The notes beneath the pieces were generated by a model that saw only the letters and a list, made by a program, of their open reading frames with translations, was not told the origin of the DNA and ran no database searches. A program made the position numbers and the translations under genes. Of a stretch of 64,000 nt of DNA, positions 1-13,205 are shown in pieces. The DNA lies in contig CM030338.1 of assembly GCA_017654855.1 (NCBI GenBank), forward strand, positions 1,922,001 to 1,986,000. The letters run 5' to 3'. The stretch comes from Podospora anserina. Lineage: Eukaryota. Each line of letters begins with the position of its first letter. The stretch's first letter is position 1.

Positions 1-768
1 ACCATACTATGGACGAGGAAATAGAGAATGCTATTTTGAACAGGCCTCTTGATATGTTAGGTTGGCGTTTAAATCTCGTCTAGGTGGTCTACAAAAGGCT
101 TGTTAGATATGTTGGTGTGATTGGAATGCCTCTCTATTCCGATGATAGGTCTCTTCACGGTTTTCCAACCCCTTATCATCGCCTTCAGGGGTTTTTATTT
201 ATTCTAGCAGTCTGTCTCTTCTTGTCTAGGACACGCTGCCTTATAGCTCAATCTTGGACGAAAAATGTCCGTCCCCACAAGGTGTCGACAACCTTCACGT
301 ACCTACACAACTTAGCTGGGCTTTCCTTAAACGTACGTACCTTCCAGTTGAGAAATCATATCCTTGTGGTATAAATACGACCAACAGCTTCGCTCTCGAA
401 ATTCCGACCCTTCCTTTTACAACAACACCTACACCCAGCGTCAAGGGCGCTGCTATTCCCAAGAGCCCAGTGGCTTTCCGGTCAATCTCTTCTACATTGA
501 CCTTCTCATATCATTCTCCTAAACAGATTCCGTATTCTTCACATTCTTCCAACAAGATCACGAATCCCTTGTTTCCTGGCCAGGTCAATGCTGAGTGTCC
601 TCTAGGATTTCCTTTTCTTTCAGAAACGCATACTCGATCGATCGATCGATCATCCTCTTTTCATACCACTTAACTTGCACCTTGCGACTAACATGTTGGC
701 GCAGGTCAAATTCCCGACCTATTCTTACTCCATTTTTTGAAGATATTTCGGGCACAACGATCGCCACC

Positions 769-3700
769 ATGCTTCCTCTGAGCTTTCCCTTCGCTCAGAG
801 TTGGGGATTCCTTTCCCTCAACGCAAACGTCTCACCACCCGAAGCTGGGGGGACGGACACATCCCCCTCGACTCTTGCCAACAGCTCCCCCACAAATAAC
901 GCCGGTCAAGATTCTGCGCAAGTATCCGGTTCGAGTAAGCCTTTTCGTCTTATAAGTCACCTTTTCATCCCAACAAGCCGCTAACCCCTTAAAAACATGG
1001 CAGAGCCTTCACCTAGCACCAATGCTGGTCCAAACACTGCGGTCATTCATGATGATCCAGATTCCGATGACGATGAGGTGCTCGATATTGGCAAAGTCTT
1101 GAGACAAAAGGCCAACAGTTCGAAGCCTTCTACGACCAGAGCAACATTGGACCCCCCGCCCCCTGGTAGTTTGGCTGCAGAAGCACAAGCAAGACCTGTC
1201 CCGGAGACGCCAGCCAAAAAGCGAGGGTTGGGATGGCTGGATGAGAGCCCCATCACTCCAGCCGTGGGCATAAACACTACCACAGACACGCCGGTCACAG
1301 TCCCACACCAAACGCAGAGCGCTCATCGGCAGGCCATTCCGTCTCGGGCTTCAGTGACCTCGCCAGAGGCCCAGCGTGAGCATAACAGGTCCAATAGAAG
1401 CAAGGAAGAGAGAGAGCGTGAAAGACTCGAGACACTTGAAAAGCTCAACGCCAGACGCCAGGCTATCAAGACTCGGGCGTCTGATGATGGGAGATCTCAG
1501 GGTGGCCACCCTAGCTCCTCAAGGCTGCCGGTTGTTGATCTGAGGACGCCGTCTGCCAGTAAGGTGCCTTCTGTGGCAGATACGAGCTCATCTCGCCGTT
1601 CACGGGTTAAACTGGAGGAAAGAAGGCGGAGAAAGGAGATGGAAAAGGCTACTCGCGAAGCCAAGCGATCTCGTCAGAAATCAACGCCATCTCAACCTCC
1701 TCCATCTCAACCTCCTCCATCTCAACCTCCTTCATCTACACCTCCTCCATCTCCACCTCCACCTCCGCCCCCTACCTTTCAGACCGCGGAGCCCCGAGCC
1801 GTTGATAGAGAGATATCAAGGGCCATCCGACACACTCCAATCACTGCGGGTGAGGCTGCCGAGAGGAGACCGAATGAAATCAAAGCCCACGGAGCAGAGG
1901 TCTACCGGAGCGGTGCGAATAGGGGGACATTGATAGTTGATTCCCTGGAAGAGACAGAAACCACGGGCGCTGATGAGGCTGTCTTCGTCCAGGCAAAGAG
2001 GCTTGCCGAAGCTGAAGCTCGGAAGCCAAAGACCCGTGTTGTTACCGGGATGGAAAGTGATGATGTTCAACAGGATGCTCGGCCTTATGGCGTTTCTCGG
2101 GATCAACCTGCTTCTGCCGGGCCCAGTCGGCTTCAGCAGCCACGTAATCAAGGTTCTGGAGCTATCACCACACCAACCCGTGGCCGGAAGTGTGATCGCT
2201 GCACCAGGATGAAGAGGCCATGCACCTTTGGACAGCCTTGTTCGCGGTGTCAGATCGCTGACGTACAGTGCGTCTACTTTTCGAACGTTGGCAGACTGGA
2301 TCTACAGCCAGCTGAGCGTCCTGAGAGACCAGAGACGGAGAGTTTTGTTGATCAACAGTATCGACTATCTTTGCCTCAACCTGGGTTTCAGGAATCTCAA
2401 CCTATTAGCATGCCACCACCGCCTCCACGGCCTGTCAGGCAATGCCGACCACCACCACCTCCTCGTCCTCCTCCGCCACGTCCCAGGAGTCCGAGTTGTT
2501 CCCCTCCTCCTGAGCCTGGATCTCCTGCCACTGACGCCGTTTCTGCCATTGACGTCTTTGGCGAAGACAGAATAGTTTATCAATACGTCGTCTACAGGAC
2601 TCAGAAACTCCCTGTTGTTGAGGGGGAGGAAGATCCGGAGGAGAAGAGGGGAGACTATGCTATCCGGTGTAGTGAGCACAGCAAGTTGGCCGATGCTAAT
2701 AGGCAGGTTGAGGTGCGGATGCAGAGGCCGAAGAAGGGGGTTGTGGCAAAAGGTTGGAAGTACAGGCCTGGGTTAGATGAGGCGCAGAGACCTGGGTTGA
2801 TGGATGTGAGGGTTGTTTATGGGAAGGAAGGGGGGGTGGAGCTTTTCTGGGTGGAGGTTGAGACGAGGGATTTGACGGGGGTGGTGGAGGTTAGGGGTGG
2901 TAGGGGGAGGGGGGAGTTGATGGTTGAGAGGGTGGCTGGGGAGGTTTATAGGAGGTGGAGGTTTGATGTTTGGGGGGTTGTGGTTGTTAAGAGGGAGGAT
3001 TTGGCGGTGAGAAAGAGGGAGCAGAGGTTGGTTTTTGATTGTGGTGGGGTGGAGGATAGGGGGGTGCAGACTGGTGAGGAGATGGAAGCTGGGGGTGTGC
3101 AAGACGGTGAGGATATGGAAGTGGACGATGAGGTGGAGGTGGAGGAAGAAGTTGGGGTTGAAGAGAACGTCGCGGTGGAAGAGGATGTCGAGATGACCAA
3201 CTTTGGTGACGGGATGGAAGAAGAGACACCAATCGAAGCAGCCGGAGAATCTCAACTGACAGACACAACACAAGCCGATACCCAAAACACTACCGATGCA
3301 GCACCAAAGAAAGACCTCCCCAACTGGCACCCCGACTACTACGCCGATTCCAACGAGTCAGACGACGACGACGACGACGATGACGATGACGAAGACCACG
3401 TCTCCCCGTTCGAGTGTAACCCACCTTACAACCCACCCACCCCCCTCATCCTCCCACCCCAAACCAACGTCCTCGACCTCTTGACCGTCACGCCCACCCT
3501 CCACGGTAGCTACACCAGCCCCCACCGTGCCAACATCGCCGCACTGCGAGTCCTCCTGTCTGAAGCCAGGCCGAGAAACAACTACATGAACGACAACATC
3601 CACTACAGCTCCGTCTTCAAGCCCACCCAGATGCTCCAGTTCGAGGAAGACGGTCTGGATCAAGAGATGACGAGGGCTCTGTTCAACGTCACGTGGCGCC

Positions 3701-3948
3701 CACCGGGTGACACACCCACTGAGAAGTACAAGTGGGAGTTTGAGGAGTTGAGGGTGTGGGTTACGGAGACGGAGTTGAAGGGGGCTATTGATTTGAGTGA
3801 TTTTGTGGTCAGGGATGGGGAGGGGGATGGGTGGGTAGTTAGGAAGGGGAAGAAGAAGGCTGTGGCTGAGGAGGTTGAAAATGGGGTTGAGAATAGGGTG
3901 GAGCAGGTGGTTGAGGAGGTGGAGGGGGAGGCGTCAGAGGAGGAGTAA
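769..3948 (+). CDS. Large low-complexity protein with an internal Zn(II)2Cys6 binuclear cluster; exons 769-934 and 1004-3948
   Basis: ATG 769 sits in a GCCACCATG context. Intron 935-1003 (GTAAGC..GCTAAC..CAG) joins in phase to the 983-aa ORF. The motif CDRCTRMKRPCTFGQPCSRCQIADVQC (CX2CX6CX5CX2CX6C) lies at ~2191-2271. The protein also has PSQPP repeats and acidic tracts. Confidence 0.8.
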
Positions 3949-4057
3949 AAGCGGGGGGGAAAGGCCTTGAAAGATAGTTAATAGGTGTGGTTGAGGGGGG
4001 TTAGGGGGGTGGAATGGGGTGGAATAGGTGTATTGATGGGAGTTTGAGGCGTGAAAA

Positions 4058-4120
4058 GATAGTGGATAGGCGTTGAATGATAGTGGGAAGGCGTTAAATG
4101 ATAGTTGATAGGCATTGCTT
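4058..4120 (+). repeat. Degenerate 21-bp tandem repeat (GATAGTggatAGGCGTTgaat) x3 in the 3' flank of gene 1
   Basis: GATAGT recurs at 4058, 4079 and 4100, each followed by AGGC(G/A)TT. Further partial copies lie near 3972 and 4163. Confidence 0.6.
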
Positions 4121-6555
4121 TTGGGGAAGTAGGCGTTGATTTGGGGGGATTGGGCGTTATAAGATAGTGAGGAGGCAGTGTTAGGGAGAATGGATGGGTC
4201 CGATTTGAAATGGGAGGCGTTGGTTTTGAAAAGGGGGGCGGTGGATTGCTTTAGGGGGCGTTGACCTCCTTCGTGTAGGGCGTTGAGTTATTAAGAGGCC
4301 GGAAAGAGGTCCTGGAGATGTAGCATGAGTTCGCTACCAAATAACTACGTTGAATTTACGAGGAATTCCAGAAACCAAAATCAGATCTCAAACCTATTCT
4401 GGCCTTTTACGATACTTTACCCACAAATGCTGAAGGACAACTTGTATCCAATATTAAGACCTTGCTGTTATTTGTCGACTCATAACCAGAAACCCAATAG
4501 AAAGTAAGGAGAATCTCCGGTACCTTATCATCGATTTATATCTGTGAAAAGCACGTCGCGGAGCACTGGGCCTACTGCGGAGTCATCTCACACGTATCAT
4601 AGCCCGAAAAGCCAGATTATATCAGTTGGAGGCACCGCGATATCACGGAGGTCAGATACTAGGAACAAGTACTTCTTACGGCTCCGGTAATCAGACACAA
4701 CGAGGGTGAGGGCAGATTACTTGTCGGATATGCTGCGCATATGCCCTATATAGTCAACAATCTCCATATCATCTCCCCTTCATCTCCCCTCAGTCACCAG
4801 TCTCTGGGTGGACGTGAGAACGACTTGTTTCGAATATTAAGGAGGAGCAGAGCGGTGTCGTTCATGGGGCTTTTTTATGGTCTGAATTTGAAAGAAATTG
4901 ATGAGTGGTTGTCGTTTGGTAATGTCTTACCGAATAAACACCCCCGGCTGGGCTTGAGGCGGACTCTCCTCGGCCGGGGCTGTAGTGACTGTTGTCGTTC
5001 GTGCAGTTGTTTTCGGTCTTGAGAGAGACTGCTTGATTGCCTGATGAAGACGCCCATCCATAACAACTCTACCTTTGAGCTCTCACAGAATCTCAAACCC
5101 GATCATGGCGTCGTTGATATGGCTGTTTCTCAGATGAGGGAGAATATCAATAGGCTTGATCAAGGAGATGTGGATGGGGTCGTTCATGTGGTTGTTTTTC
5201 GTCTTGGGGTTCATATCCTGCGAAAGCTTGAGGAGGAACTTATGGTGACTCGATGCCGTCATTCATGTAGATGTTTTTTCGGGTTGGACTTTAGACTTAC
5301 ACAACATAGCAGTTGCCGTTTAGTATTCGTTGCTGAATACGCATTACAATTGTGATTCTGCTCACATATAAGAATTTTCAAAAAGTAATTGCGTCTTCAT
5401 CAGGAAGCATATCGTGATATCCGGGATCATGCAAAATGACCCCATCTTCGCTTCCAGGTGAACACACAAAGTGACATATGCAAGGAACTGCTTCACATGC
5501 AGTCCGATACACCCTTAAAGGACGGCCTAGACGCCGTGATAAGGTACCGAAGACTCGATGTAGTCAGCCACGGGTCCTCATGTACACATGGCCTGACATG
5601 GACTCGGCAGCTGCACCAGAAGATGGATGGTAGGGCTGACCGGTCAGGGGCTTGCTCGTCCCGAGACACCCACACCGGTTCGAGGATTCCCGATTAGCCG
5701 CGCGAACAGAGATTCGAGTATGTCGTTGGCTGCCAAAGTGCACTTTTCCGGTGTGGTATCGGACCCGAGCGACTGACAGTTGAGTAAGGAAGAGGTTACG
5801 AATTACACCCGAGAGGCAGCTGGGATACGCAGCATTATCCAACAGGAGCGGGCCGATATCGTATTCGGCACATGGTGAGAGACATTTGGTACTTACATTC
5901 CGAAGACTCTCACCCGAATCCTTCAATCCGAAATTGACATGGTTGAGCTGGGTGGTGATGGTGTCGCGGAATACCCGTGGATGGCACCCTGGGGTGATAT
6001 CAGTCTGAGTCTGAGTCTTCAAAGGAGAGAGATGAATCTGTGACTGTACAACTTATCACCATGTTGTGCCAATTACGTATCAACTCGGGAACGACACTCA
6101 TATCAACGAACCCATCTGTAATTGATTGCGTGCAGTCAACACGTGCATTCCTCTGCTCGGGGAGCGTTATCGGATGCTGATTGCTGGATACTCGGTCCGC
6201 TCCACACACGCCCCTCCATTCCGCGAATAAGCGTGCGGGTTTTCCATAAACGCCCAGCCACCACCCCCTCTCACCGCTGAGGAGTGCTGTAGGCCAAGGC
6301 CAGATCGCTGAAGCAGGCCCAGGTCTAGCCGGTACTTGGTGGTTCCAGAACCTGCAAGGTCGCTGCTCCAGTTACCTCATCACCTTTCCTCCAGGGCAAA
6401 AGTAAATCTAAAACACAACCTGGAATCGCACACAAACTTGGCTTTTTTTCTCTATCTAGCAGGAATACCAGAAAGGCCATGATCGGCAGCCTGCTTGGTG
6501 GTACGGATACATACTTTGTCCCCGTCACGCGCGTCATTCCGTCTTCAGCCAGAGA

Positions 6556-8523
6556 ATGGCTGCAACTGCAACAATGCCCGCTGCAACAATGGACGACGCT
6601 GCGAGGCTCGTGTCGGAGCTGCACGACAAGCTCGCTGAGCTAGATGGCAAAGTGGCCGCCTACCGGCGCGACATGCTGGCCGAGTTTCACAAGCACATGG
6701 AGGACTGTCTCAAGGACTACCCAGACGACGTCTCCAGTCAGGTGTCGCGAGTCATCGCCGAGTCAATGTCCAGGTACCCGGCTCTCAGTCCGACAAACCA
6801 CGACATGGCCGACTCGCCCGCTACCACCACCCATCATAAGACCCCAGGTTGGAAGGGCCGCAAGTCGCCTCCCCCGGTTCTCCCCCACACATCTGGCGTG
6901 CCGACAAAAGAGGGTCCCCGGAGTCCGCACGAGCGGGAGAAGGAGTTTCAGGGTGTCTTCACGCCGACATACCTGCCGCTGCTCGAGAGCAATGAGCGTT
7001 CCTCCCATCGACCGCCACCGACATCGCCGGTACCGGTTCCTCCCGTCGTTCAGCAGCCACAGCAGCAGCAGCAACAACCACCACCACAGCAGCCACCCCA
7101 GCAACAATTACAGTCATTAAACCCTCTGTCTGTCGACAACGTCAAAAAGGTGGAGGAAATCAAGAAGCCCGAGGCCCCTGTCGAGGGTAGGCCGGATCCG
7201 ATCAGGCGGCTGACCGACCGATCCACATCGTCGGTTGAGTCCTCGAGCAGCGAATCCAAGGTGCGGAGAAGTGCACTGCGCCGGAGCTCAAGCTCCGTCA
7301 AGGGTGCTGCGAGCCCAAGACGGGTGCGCTTCGACTTTTCAGGAGAGGAGGTGTTCCCGTCGTCTTCCCCGCAGCAGGCAGCCAGCCTCGTGGCTATGGC
7401 TGTGGAGGATGACGAGGCGGACAAGCCCAAGGCTGAGCTTCTGCCTGTTGTCGAAACGTCAGCCACCTCGGCTGCTGCTGTCGTAGAGGATGAGTCACCT
7501 GAGCCGGAAGAAGAGTATATCGGAACGTCGCTCCTCGACGTGGAAGGGGAGGAGGATTGGCTCCCAAGACCCAGAAAGGTTTCTTCAACCCAAGCTTTGC
7601 AAGCACTTACCCGCAGCCCGCTGGAAGAAGGTTCATTTTGGACTGTTGTTAACGCGAATAACAATGAGGAGTCTGGAAAGGTGAATGGTCAAAAAGAGAA
7701 AGAGACCAACACTTCAGCCCCAGCTCCTGTCAAGGTTGACTCTCAGGCTACCCTTCGGCCAGTTGACGGTCCGGGAGAAGATATCCCAGTCAGCGGTCTG
7801 CTTGGCTCACCAATTGAAGAATTAGAGCAGTATGTCGACGACGACGACGACGAATCCGAGGAGGAGTTTTTGTCCATGCGGCCCAAGAACAGCAAGAAGT
7901 CGCCCTCGCCAGGCGCCCAGACACCCTTCAAGTCGCCAGCCACTTCTCAATTTGCGCCATCTAACCAGACCTCCAAGGTATCCGGGCCATCAAAAACTAA
8001 CGGAAAACAAGACATCCTCGAAGAAGACCCCCTGTTCGACTTTGAAGATGGTGAGAACGGAACCGGGAAAGCAGACAAATACCTCCCCGAAGAGGAAGAC
8101 GATGATGATGAGGATGAGGATGACGGAGTGGAGGTCCGCATCCCACACAGACCAATGAGGACGACACCCACGCCCCTCCAGACCGTACTCGAGGACGAAA
8201 ACAAGAAACACTCTCGCACAACCAGCTTGCCACCAGTGTCTCCATCAGCAGTCCTGTTTGGTCACAGTATTGGGTCATTTAGAGGCAACTCTATCTCGCT
8301 AAACCCCATCAAGAACACAAAACTCTATGATGAAATCGCCGGGCTTAAGGATGTCCACTTCTTCGTCGGTAGTGTCGACGGACGTAGTGGTGCCGAGGCA
8401 GCCGATATGGGGAGCTACAGAGCGATGTCGAAGGGGGTGCCAGCTGTGCCGAGAAGTTTCACCGAGAGGTTAGCCATCGAGGAGGCGATGGAGCGGAGGA
8501 GACACGAGGATGATGATGAGTAG
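6556..8523 (+). CDS. Hypothetical protein, 655 aa, single exon; N-terminal coiled coil, acidic/disordered, RVxF motif
   Basis: Long uninterrupted ORF with coding-like codon use. It has an N-terminal heptad region (LVSELHDKLAELDGKVAAYRRDMLAEF) and an RRVRF motif. No catalytic domain recognised. Confidence 0.8.
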   Translation: MAATATMPAATMDDAARLVSELHDKLAELDGKVAAYRRDMLAEFHKHMEDCLKDYPDDVSSQVSRVIAESMSRYPALSPTNHDMADSPATTTHHKTPGWKGRKSPPPVLPHTSGVPTKEGPRSPHEREKEFQGVFTPTYLPLLESNERSSHRPPPTSPVPVPPVVQQPQQQQQQPPPQQPPQQQLQSLNPLSVDNVKKVEEIKKPEAPVEGRPDPIRRLTDRSTSSVESSSSESKVRRSALRRSSSSVKGAASPRRVRFDFSGEEVFPSSSPQQAASLVAMAVEDDEADKPKAELLPVVETSATSAAAVVEDESPEPEEEYIGTSLLDVEGEEDWLPRPRKVSSTQALQALTRSPLEEGSFWTVVNANNNEESGKVNGQKEKETNTSAPAPVKVDSQATLRPVDGPGEDIPVSGLLGSPIEELEQYVDDDDDESEEEFLSMRPKNSKKSPSPGAQTPFKSPATSQFAPSNQTSKVSGPSKTNGKQDILEEDPLFDFEDGENGTGKADKYLPEEEDDDDEDEDDGVEVRIPHRPMRTTPTPLQTVLEDENKKHSRTTSLPPVSPSAVLFGHSIGSFRGNSISLNPIKNTKLYDEIAGLKDVHFFVGSVDGRSGAEAADMGSYRAMSKGVPAVPRSFTERLAIEEAMERRRHEDDDE

Positions 8524-9987
8524 TTGAGCCAAGAGGTGGTTGTATATGTTTGCTTGACTTGGCTGGGTTTCTCAGGGTGTGGTGTCAGTTTTCCTTAGTT
8601 ATGGTTGCATGGATTGGAGTGATTGCATTACTTTCGACATTACCGGGATTTCTACATGGTGTTTGTCTTTTTCTTTGGGGGTGGTTAAAGAAAGGGAAAG
8701 AATTCGGGGAACTTGAACATCATGAAGAGAGGGGACGGTGTTATATTGTGGTTTTTGTATTATACTATGGCTGCATTATAAACTCGGATAACGGTAATGG
8801 GAGGGGGGGGGGGTTAATGGATCGGGATTGGGGGGAGGATGAGGGAATGGGTTGGGTTGGGAGTGATAGGTTAGTGGTGCTTTGCTGCTAGGTTGGCTGG
8901 GTGGGATGGGATAAATGAATAGGAGGCATACAGTACAGATTCATAGGCACGGCAATTAAGATCTGATGTTGCTTCTTGATATCGAGTTATTCACTGTCTC
9001 AGTGTTGAATGCCTCGTGGCAAGTGTGATGGGCAAAAAAACATCAAAAAGTACGCACCATCCACAATCAAATAGATTGTGGTGGCCAGCCACGAAAACCC
9101 ATGGGTTTTACGAGGATTTGAACAAGGAAGCTGTGGGGCTGAGCAGCCGAGGGGGGTACTTGCCCTCGACCAGCAGGCTGACCACTTGGCAACTTTGGGT
9201 GTTGGCCGCATGTGCTGCTGTCCTTGTTGGATGATGTGTGCGAAAACCAGTATATAAACTGCAGTTTAGGAAGGAGTAAGATGATGATGAGGAAGGAGCG
9301 AAATGGTGGTAAAAAGGAAGGAACAAAGGGTGGTAATGAGGAAGGAGCGTTTGGATGTAAACCGGAGCGGGGCCGGTCGGCATCGGGTGGCTTGCACCGT
9401 TTGGTACGGTCCAAACGGCCCGGCACTGGGGCTTGGACCCCATCTAAATGTGAGACTGACCAATCAGATCATGTTGCGACCGTGTCAAAGACATCTTGTC
9501 CGTGCTCACTGCTACTGCTGTAAGACGGTGATGTTGCAGTGTGGCCTTCTGAGGCACGACTACCTACCTAGGTAGTTTTGTCCAACAAAGCAAATGCCAC
9601 CAATTGTTACTGTTGCTGCCATGCTGTCAGGTGTTGTCTGACCAATTCTTTCTTTTGTGTGCCCCCGGCTGGCTTAATCAGATACGTACAGAGCGTAGTG
9701 GCTTTTTCTTTTTTTTATCCTTCCAGGTTGATTGCTACATACGGTTGCGACGAGAATACCTGGTGTCGATCGAATTGATTGATTGCACCTTGACGACCGA
9801 ACGGCGGCGCTTCTTCACGGCGGGATTAGATTCGAGGGAACAGACAGAAGAGCATGAGACGATAGACATCCCCTTTTCCGTTTCAACCCGTGGCGGCCAA
9901 CAGCGCAACCAAGCGAGCGAGCGAGCGCATCGCAATTCCTACCTACCTACCTCACACACCACCGCGTCCACTTGAACAACTCCCACG

Positions 9988-11173
9988 ATGCGCCTCCTCT
10001 CAACAACAACCCCCGTCGTCGTCCTCCTCCCCCTCCTCTCCCTCACCACAGCCTACACCCCCCTCCCCGACTCCCTCTTCTCCTCCATCACGCCCCCGCT
10101 TCCAACAGACTTCGACATCCTCCCCTCGCAACCCCTCTCCCTCCTCTCCCCGCTCCTCATCCCCCGCGTCCCCGGAACGCCAGGCCAAATCCGCGCCCAA
10201 GAACATTTCATTAAATTCTTTACCAAAAACCTTCCCGAATGGGAGATTAGTTGGCAAAACTCCACCGGGACGACGCCCGTGACGGGGGATAAGCAGGTTC
10301 CCTTTCAGAATATAATACTCCGGCGGGAACCACCCTGGACGAAGAAACGTGGGCCGGGGCAGGCGAGCTTGTTGACGCTTGTGGCGCATTATGACAGCAA
10401 GATTGAGCCAAAGGGCTTTATCGGGGCGACGGACAGTGCGGGGCCTTGTGCGGTGTTGATGTACACCGCGAGGGAGATTGAGAAGGAGTTGGTCAAGATG
10501 TGGGGCGCACAAGATGGGGGGAAGGTTGAGGAGGGGGAGGAAGGGAAGGGGAAGAGGGGGGAGGATGTGGGGGTCCAGATCTTGTTGCTGGATGGGGAGG
10601 AGGCTTTTGATAGGTGGACGGATACGGATAGTTTGTATGGGGCTAGGTGAGTACTCTGGGGAGAAGGGGGGACAGGAAAGGGGAATGCTAATAAGATGGG
10701 ATAGGTCACTGGCGCAACACTGGGAGGCTAACCCCTACCCGGCCATGTCCAAGTTCAAGAACCCGATGAGGCAGATCAGCTTGTTTGTCTTGTTGGATTT
10801 GTTGGGAAGTGCTAGTCCGAGGGTGCCGAGTTATTTCCAGTCGACGCACTGGGCGTATCAGAGGATGGCGAGCATTGAGGGAAGGATGAGGCAGATGGGG
10901 ATATTGAAGACGAGTCCCAAGGAGCCGTTCTTGCCGGATGGGGGGAAGAATTCTACGCAGTTTGAGAGTCAGGGGTTTGTGGGGGATGATCATGTACCGT
11001 TCATGGCGAGGGGGGCTCCGGTGCTGCATTTGATTCCTACGCCGTTTCCGAGGGTGTGGCATACGATGGAGGATGATGGAGAGCACTTGGATATTGAGAC
11101 GTTGAGGGATTGGGCGATGTTGGTGACGGGGTTTGTTTTGGAGTGGATGGATGTTGGGAAGGGGAAGTCATAG
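9988..11173 (+). CDS. QPCT: Secreted M28-family glutaminyl-peptide cyclotransferase-like protein; exons 9988-10646 and 10705-11173
   Basis: Signal peptide plus motifs AHYDSK, GATDSAGPCA, LDGEEAF..W..DSLYGAR, LLDLLG, DDHVPF and LHLIPTPFPRVWHT. Intron 10647-10704 (GTGAGT..GCTAAT..TAG). Confidence 0.92.
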
Positions 11174-12137
11174 GGGAGAAGGAATGAGGTATAACAGGAC
11201 TCGTGCGGGAGAGGGGTGGTTATTGTATATACGTATATATGGCTTTGGGAGGAAGGTTGCAATCAAGACATTCAAGATCTATGCATCTTGGATCCCTATG
11301 TTCAGTCTTACGACATGCTCCTCGACATGCTCCTTGGTGTACGGGAGCCGTTCGCCACTTCCCTCGTGTTGCGCAGCTCTTGCCCACAAGCAAGAAAGTG
11401 AAGACTCTCAAGATTTCCATGCCAGAGAGAAACTGGATATACATACAATTTATGTTTATACAAAAATAACAGCTGGTCTTCTAGAACGCCCTGAACCTGG
11501 CAGATCCGAGTGGGGCAGGCGCATCGTGGGGTGGCGCGGACGGCGGGGCGCTGTTGGCCCACGCAGTCAGTCACCCGCCAACCCCACCAATTATTGCATG
11601 TGCTGGAGCCGCCGCTGTGCCTGAAGTTCCCAAGAGACATGACCTGCCGACAGTGTTTCGTCCGACTTTGAAACAAACAATCAGACTTTTGCTCCATCTC
11701 AATCTCGGAGGGGCCCGTTCAAAACTCGACCGTTGCACCACATTCTAGGCAAGAAAAGCCACCCACCACTTCACGACCTTTAGCTCGCTTTAGGTAGCCG
11801 ACCATCCCTTTGAAGCACTCAGGGGATCAGCCATCACCAACTCCCCGGAATCTAGAAAGCGCGCGTAAGGTTGGGCTTTTCTTCCTCCTTCAAGTTTTCT
11901 GCAGAGACGCACAAGGCATCTCTGCAATACCCAAAAACGGCTTCTCACGAGTCTACCCAGTCTCTCACGCCCTCCGAGGCCCAACGCGATCTCCTTCGCA
12001 AAACAACCACCGCGGGAAGCATCCTCTTCAACCGCGCTTACACTTCCAACACCCAACCCCCGCCGACTCCGCGCTTCGTCGTTTCGCACCCCGAACGAGC
12101 ACCACAGTCGAGCTCGCAGAATCAACAAACGGCAAAC

Positions 12138-13205
12138 ATGGACGGCAAGAGACAGCACCACAGCTCCTTCCAGCAGCTGGAGAAGCTCGGCGAGGGTACC
12201 TATGCGACAGTGAGTCATGCGGCCTTGATATCTGTTTACTTTGTGTGGGGATTGTTCTAACTTTTTCGTTAGGTTTTCAAAGGCCGCAATCGCCAGACGG
12301 GCGAATTCGTCGCTCTCAAGGAAATCCATCTCGACTCGGAAGAGGGCACCCCTAGCACGGCTATTAGAGAGATCTCCCTGATGAAGGAGCTGAAGCACGA
12401 GAATATTGTCGCACTGCACGATGTGATCCACACGGAAAACAAGCTGATGCTTGTCTTTGAGTACATGGACGGCGATCTCAAAAAATACATGGACAACAAC
12501 GGCGAGCGTGGGATGCTCAAGCCACATATTGTCAAGTCTTTCATGTGGCAATTGCTGCAGGGCATTCACTTCTGTCACGAGAACCGAGTCCTGCACCGCG
12601 ATCTCAAGCCACAGAATCTTTTGATCAACAACAAGCTGCAGCTCAAGCTCGGTGATTTCGGCCTGGCTCGTGCCTTTGGCATTCCGGTTAACACCTTCAG
12701 TAACGAGGTTGTCACGCTCTGGTACCGCGCCCCGGATGTTTTGTTGGGAAGCAGGACATACAACACCAGCATTGACATCTGGTCAGCTGGTTGCATCATG
12801 GCCGAGATGTTTTCTGGACGACCGCTGTTCCCTGGCACCACTAACGAGGATCAGACGATCAGGATCTTCAGGATCATGGGCACGCCAACGGAGAGGACGT
12901 GGCCGGGGCTGTCACAGTTCCCCGAGTATAAGGCGAATTGGCAGATGTATGCGACGCAACCGTTGCGGAACATCTTGCCTCAGATTGACGAGAAGGGCAT
13001 CGATCTTCTTCAGCGGATGCTGCAGTTGCGCCCAGAACTGCGCATCTCGGCGGCCGAGGCGTTGAATCATGAGTGGTTCGCCGAGTTTCACCAGCCTGCG
13101 CACCCGCAACAACACCACCCTCAACAGCCGATGATGCATCCTCATCGGGGCTACCAGCAGCACACTGTGCCGAGCCAGAATGTCTATGGAAATTACCAAG
13201 GTTAG
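12138..13205 (+). CDS. PHO85: Pho85/PhoA-type cyclin-dependent kinase; exons 12138-12209 and 12273-13205
   Basis: Motifs [69 protein letters not shown]. Intron 12210-12272. Confidence 0.96.

Noticed and set aside
4927-5262. Minus-strand frame from ATG 5262 (MTASSHHKFLLKLSQD..) reading through TGA 5085 to TAA 4929
   Set aside because: Short, no recognisable domain, and the stops are not UAG. It cannot be distinguished from a chance frame or an old relic.
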